DNA of 64,000 bases. It comes from Azolla caroliniana (Eukaryota > Plantae > Polypodiophyta). Positions 61,546 through 64,000 of the stretch are shown in pieces. The DNA lies in assembly GCA_043228905.1 (NCBI GenBank), contig JBHGNT010000001.1, forward strand, positions 3,162,001-3,226,000. The letters run 5' to 3'. Each line of letters begins with the position of its first letter. Position 1 is the first letter of the stretch. The notes beneath the pieces were generated by a model. It searched no databases and was not told the DNA's origin. It saw nothing but the letters and a program-made list of their open reading frames with translations. The position numbers and the translations under genes were made by a program.

Positions 61546-63263
61546 AATTATCAAGAAATCCCGAAGATGAATATTGTGTTTTGTATGTAGTGTCAACTAC
61601 TTTTTCAATTGGTTTGATAGAATACCATCGTGCAGCTCTCCTTTTATGGCCATATATTGCAGCTGATATTACATTTGCTGATTGATATCTGTTTTGTAAA
61701 GCAATTGCAAACAGCATACATGAACTTTGGTGGATTTGATGCCACATAATAATATCTGAGGAAGTACATGCAGAGGAAGAATTCTTTTCAATAAACACTG
61801 TATTTTTAAACATTCTGAAAAACTCATGGCTTTAACATTTGCAAGTCGTCCATAAATAAAAGAATGGTCCAAGATGCCAACTTGTTTATATGTTTAAATT
61901 TTAATAGAATGGTCCGTGAAGGTTGGAACTCAAGAGCCATTTGAATTTAAGCCTGTAATTGTGGTTCTAAATATCAAAAGTATAGAGTGCCATGATAGTC
62001 ATTCCATTGTATTTTTGGCACTCTTATCCTTTAGACTCACTCTTTCTGGTTAAATTTGGAATGTTCATAAAGGATCTTATTGACAAAGCAATAACGGTGG
62101 TTGTGAAGCTTGGCTTGTCACATGTGAAAAGAAGGCATGCCACGCCTCCATGTTGTCCACCTATTTTTGATGAAAGAGTAGGTGTACACCAAGAAATTAT
62201 GTCAATAAAATTTTAAAAGCAATTCCAAGGGCTTTAGAAATGCTGTTATATAAGAACCTTTTACAGCATAATTATAATGCAAGTATCCCAATATTCTTAT
62301 ACTTATGTAACATGTTTAGATACATTTTCTAGCAGATAATCTACTACATATCTTTGTGTTAATTAAACCATCAATATTATGAAAAGGTATGAAATTGGCC
62401 ATATAGTATCTTAAAAGTCAATGTCTTTGCACATCAATAGTTAATGGTTACAAAGCCTAGGGATTGAAAGGCACACCAATGACATTAAAATGCCTTTGGA
62501 AGTAGAGTCAAGAGAACCATCACGAACAGGATTATATTCATACACCAATGATTATATTCATGCACCAATATTGTTTAACCCTTCAAGGTCTACCTAATCA
62601 AGCCAAAAGAATCTCTACAAATAACGTGGATGGAACCTAAGAAGCTATCCACACATTTGCCATATTTTAATGGGATGTATATGATGCATATGCAAGAGGA
62701 AAAGCTAGCACCAACTATGTAATATTTCATGCTCTTCATTGATATCATTGAGCACATGGTGATATGCAAGGACCTTCAAAGGCCAAATAATCTCCGGAGA
62801 ATAGATAGTCTAAACTATAGACACTTGTATAGCTCACACGTGGAGAGTAAAATAATGCCACAAGCACAAGTAGCTGCAACAAAGATTGAGGGTGTGGCAA
62901 CACTCCGTCCTTCATATTGAGGAGGTCAAGTGAATGTCCTAAAATGGGTGCGAAGTATGGCAAATTGATATTACTTTAATATCATAAGAGATGTCCTGCA
63001 TTCGCGATGATGCATATTTTGTAGCAATATGCAGTTTTGAGGAATTTATACACAAAAACACGTAATACATACACTCCAAAAGTAATCAATAATATGTCGG
63101 GATCAGCTTCTATGAAAATTTGTATAGAAGGCCCCATATGCACCGAAACCAATGGGTTTTTGCAAAGTAGGGTTTGTATTTTCAGTCATTTAGGTGGGTG
63201 GATGGATGGACATTTGGGAACTTAGGCTAGCTAGCAGTAGCTATGTAGCTCTTAATAGAGACC

Positions 63264-63663
63264 ATGGATAGGAATGGATCCATCATCCTACCAAAGATGA
63301 GTATCATGAATGGCTCTCTGTTTTGTGCCCACAAGCCCACCATCCCTATCCTGTGCAAATCCTTCCCGCCTCCTCGACGTCCTGCTCTGTATCCACTGTC
63401 TCGATCGAGCAAACACTACATTCTCCCAAAATCTCAGGGTTTTGAGACCCTGAGCTTCCATGGAAGATTTCTTCAGCTTGCTACTGTACATCCTCCTCCA
63501 TCCTCTGTTTCTTCTTCAGCTTCTTCTTCAGAATCCATGGAGGAGGAAGATAAATCAAAAGACAATTTTGTTGTCGATGAGCGTGAAAGGAAACGGAGAG
63601 AGAGAATTGGAATAGCAAACAAGGGCAGAACTCCATGGAATAAAGGAAAATCTCACTCTCCTG
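63264..63663 (+). CDS. First exon of a NUMOD3-motif, probably plastid-targeted protein (At1g53250/At1g53800-like); gene continues beyond the right edge
   Basis: Transit-like N-terminus, then 'ERERKRRERIGIANKGRTPWNKGKSHSP' and a G|GTAAGT donor at 63663. Confidence 0.85.
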
Positions 63664-64000
63664 GTAAGTCATTCATTCATATTGTCTTCATGAATTTCTT
63701 TTGGAAAAGCCTGCACATTCCTAGCTCTAATTTTATCATTAAATCACATCATTACAAGAATGCAGCAAGTCTTGGATGTTTTATGCTCTGTGTCATGCTT
63801 GTCATGATCAGGCACACCTACATTGGAAAGATACCCTCGGTCACTACAAGTTTAGGCATTTTTTACTCTTGTCCCTATTGAAATATTCATAAATGATGAA
63901 ATTCCGAGGGAAATTTGTTAACTCTGTACTAAAACTCAATAAAATTGCTCTACTGTCTCATAATTCCCTGTTCCTCATGCATGGAAAGGAAATCCAACTG

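Noticed and set aside
26612-63663. A functional gene cluster of organelle/RNA-modification genes (two PPRs, DUF4336, RER, NUMOD3, methyltransferase)
   Set aside because: These families are common and unrelated, and no shared pathway or regulatory motif is visible; co-location is probably chance.

Overview
This is eukaryotic, intron-containing land-plant nuclear DNA. It is probably from a fern (inference from the DYW:WW-type PPR editing factor and fern-style PPR E domains); the relatively high gene density suggests a compact genome. No prokaryotic operons, CRISPR arrays, rRNA or intact tRNA genes were seen. Genes, left to right: first exon of a CCCH zinc-finger gene (-, runs off the left edge); a 17-exon NODULIN HOMEOBOX (NDX) gene; an unusual single-domain cyclophilin starting MGC; a plastid DUF4336 gene; a PLS-E-DYW:WW PPR gene; a probable orphan 5-exon gene; a two-domain METTL6-like/Methyltransf_16 methyltransferase; a PLS-E PPR gene; a RETICULATA-RELATED (DUF3411) gene; and the first exon of a NUMOD3-type plastid protein (runs off the right edge). 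Intergenic DNA and introns hold decayed LINEs, a hAT MITE with an 8-bp TSD, a long-TIR element within TA/CATA microsatellites, a probable LTR remnant, and five copies of a SINE with two convergent tRNA-like modules. The main leads are that SINE, the putatively acylated loop-deleted cyclophilin, the HAE-containing DYW:WW deaminase and a possible group II intron RT relic. All family assignments come from motif recognition by eye; no database search was run.
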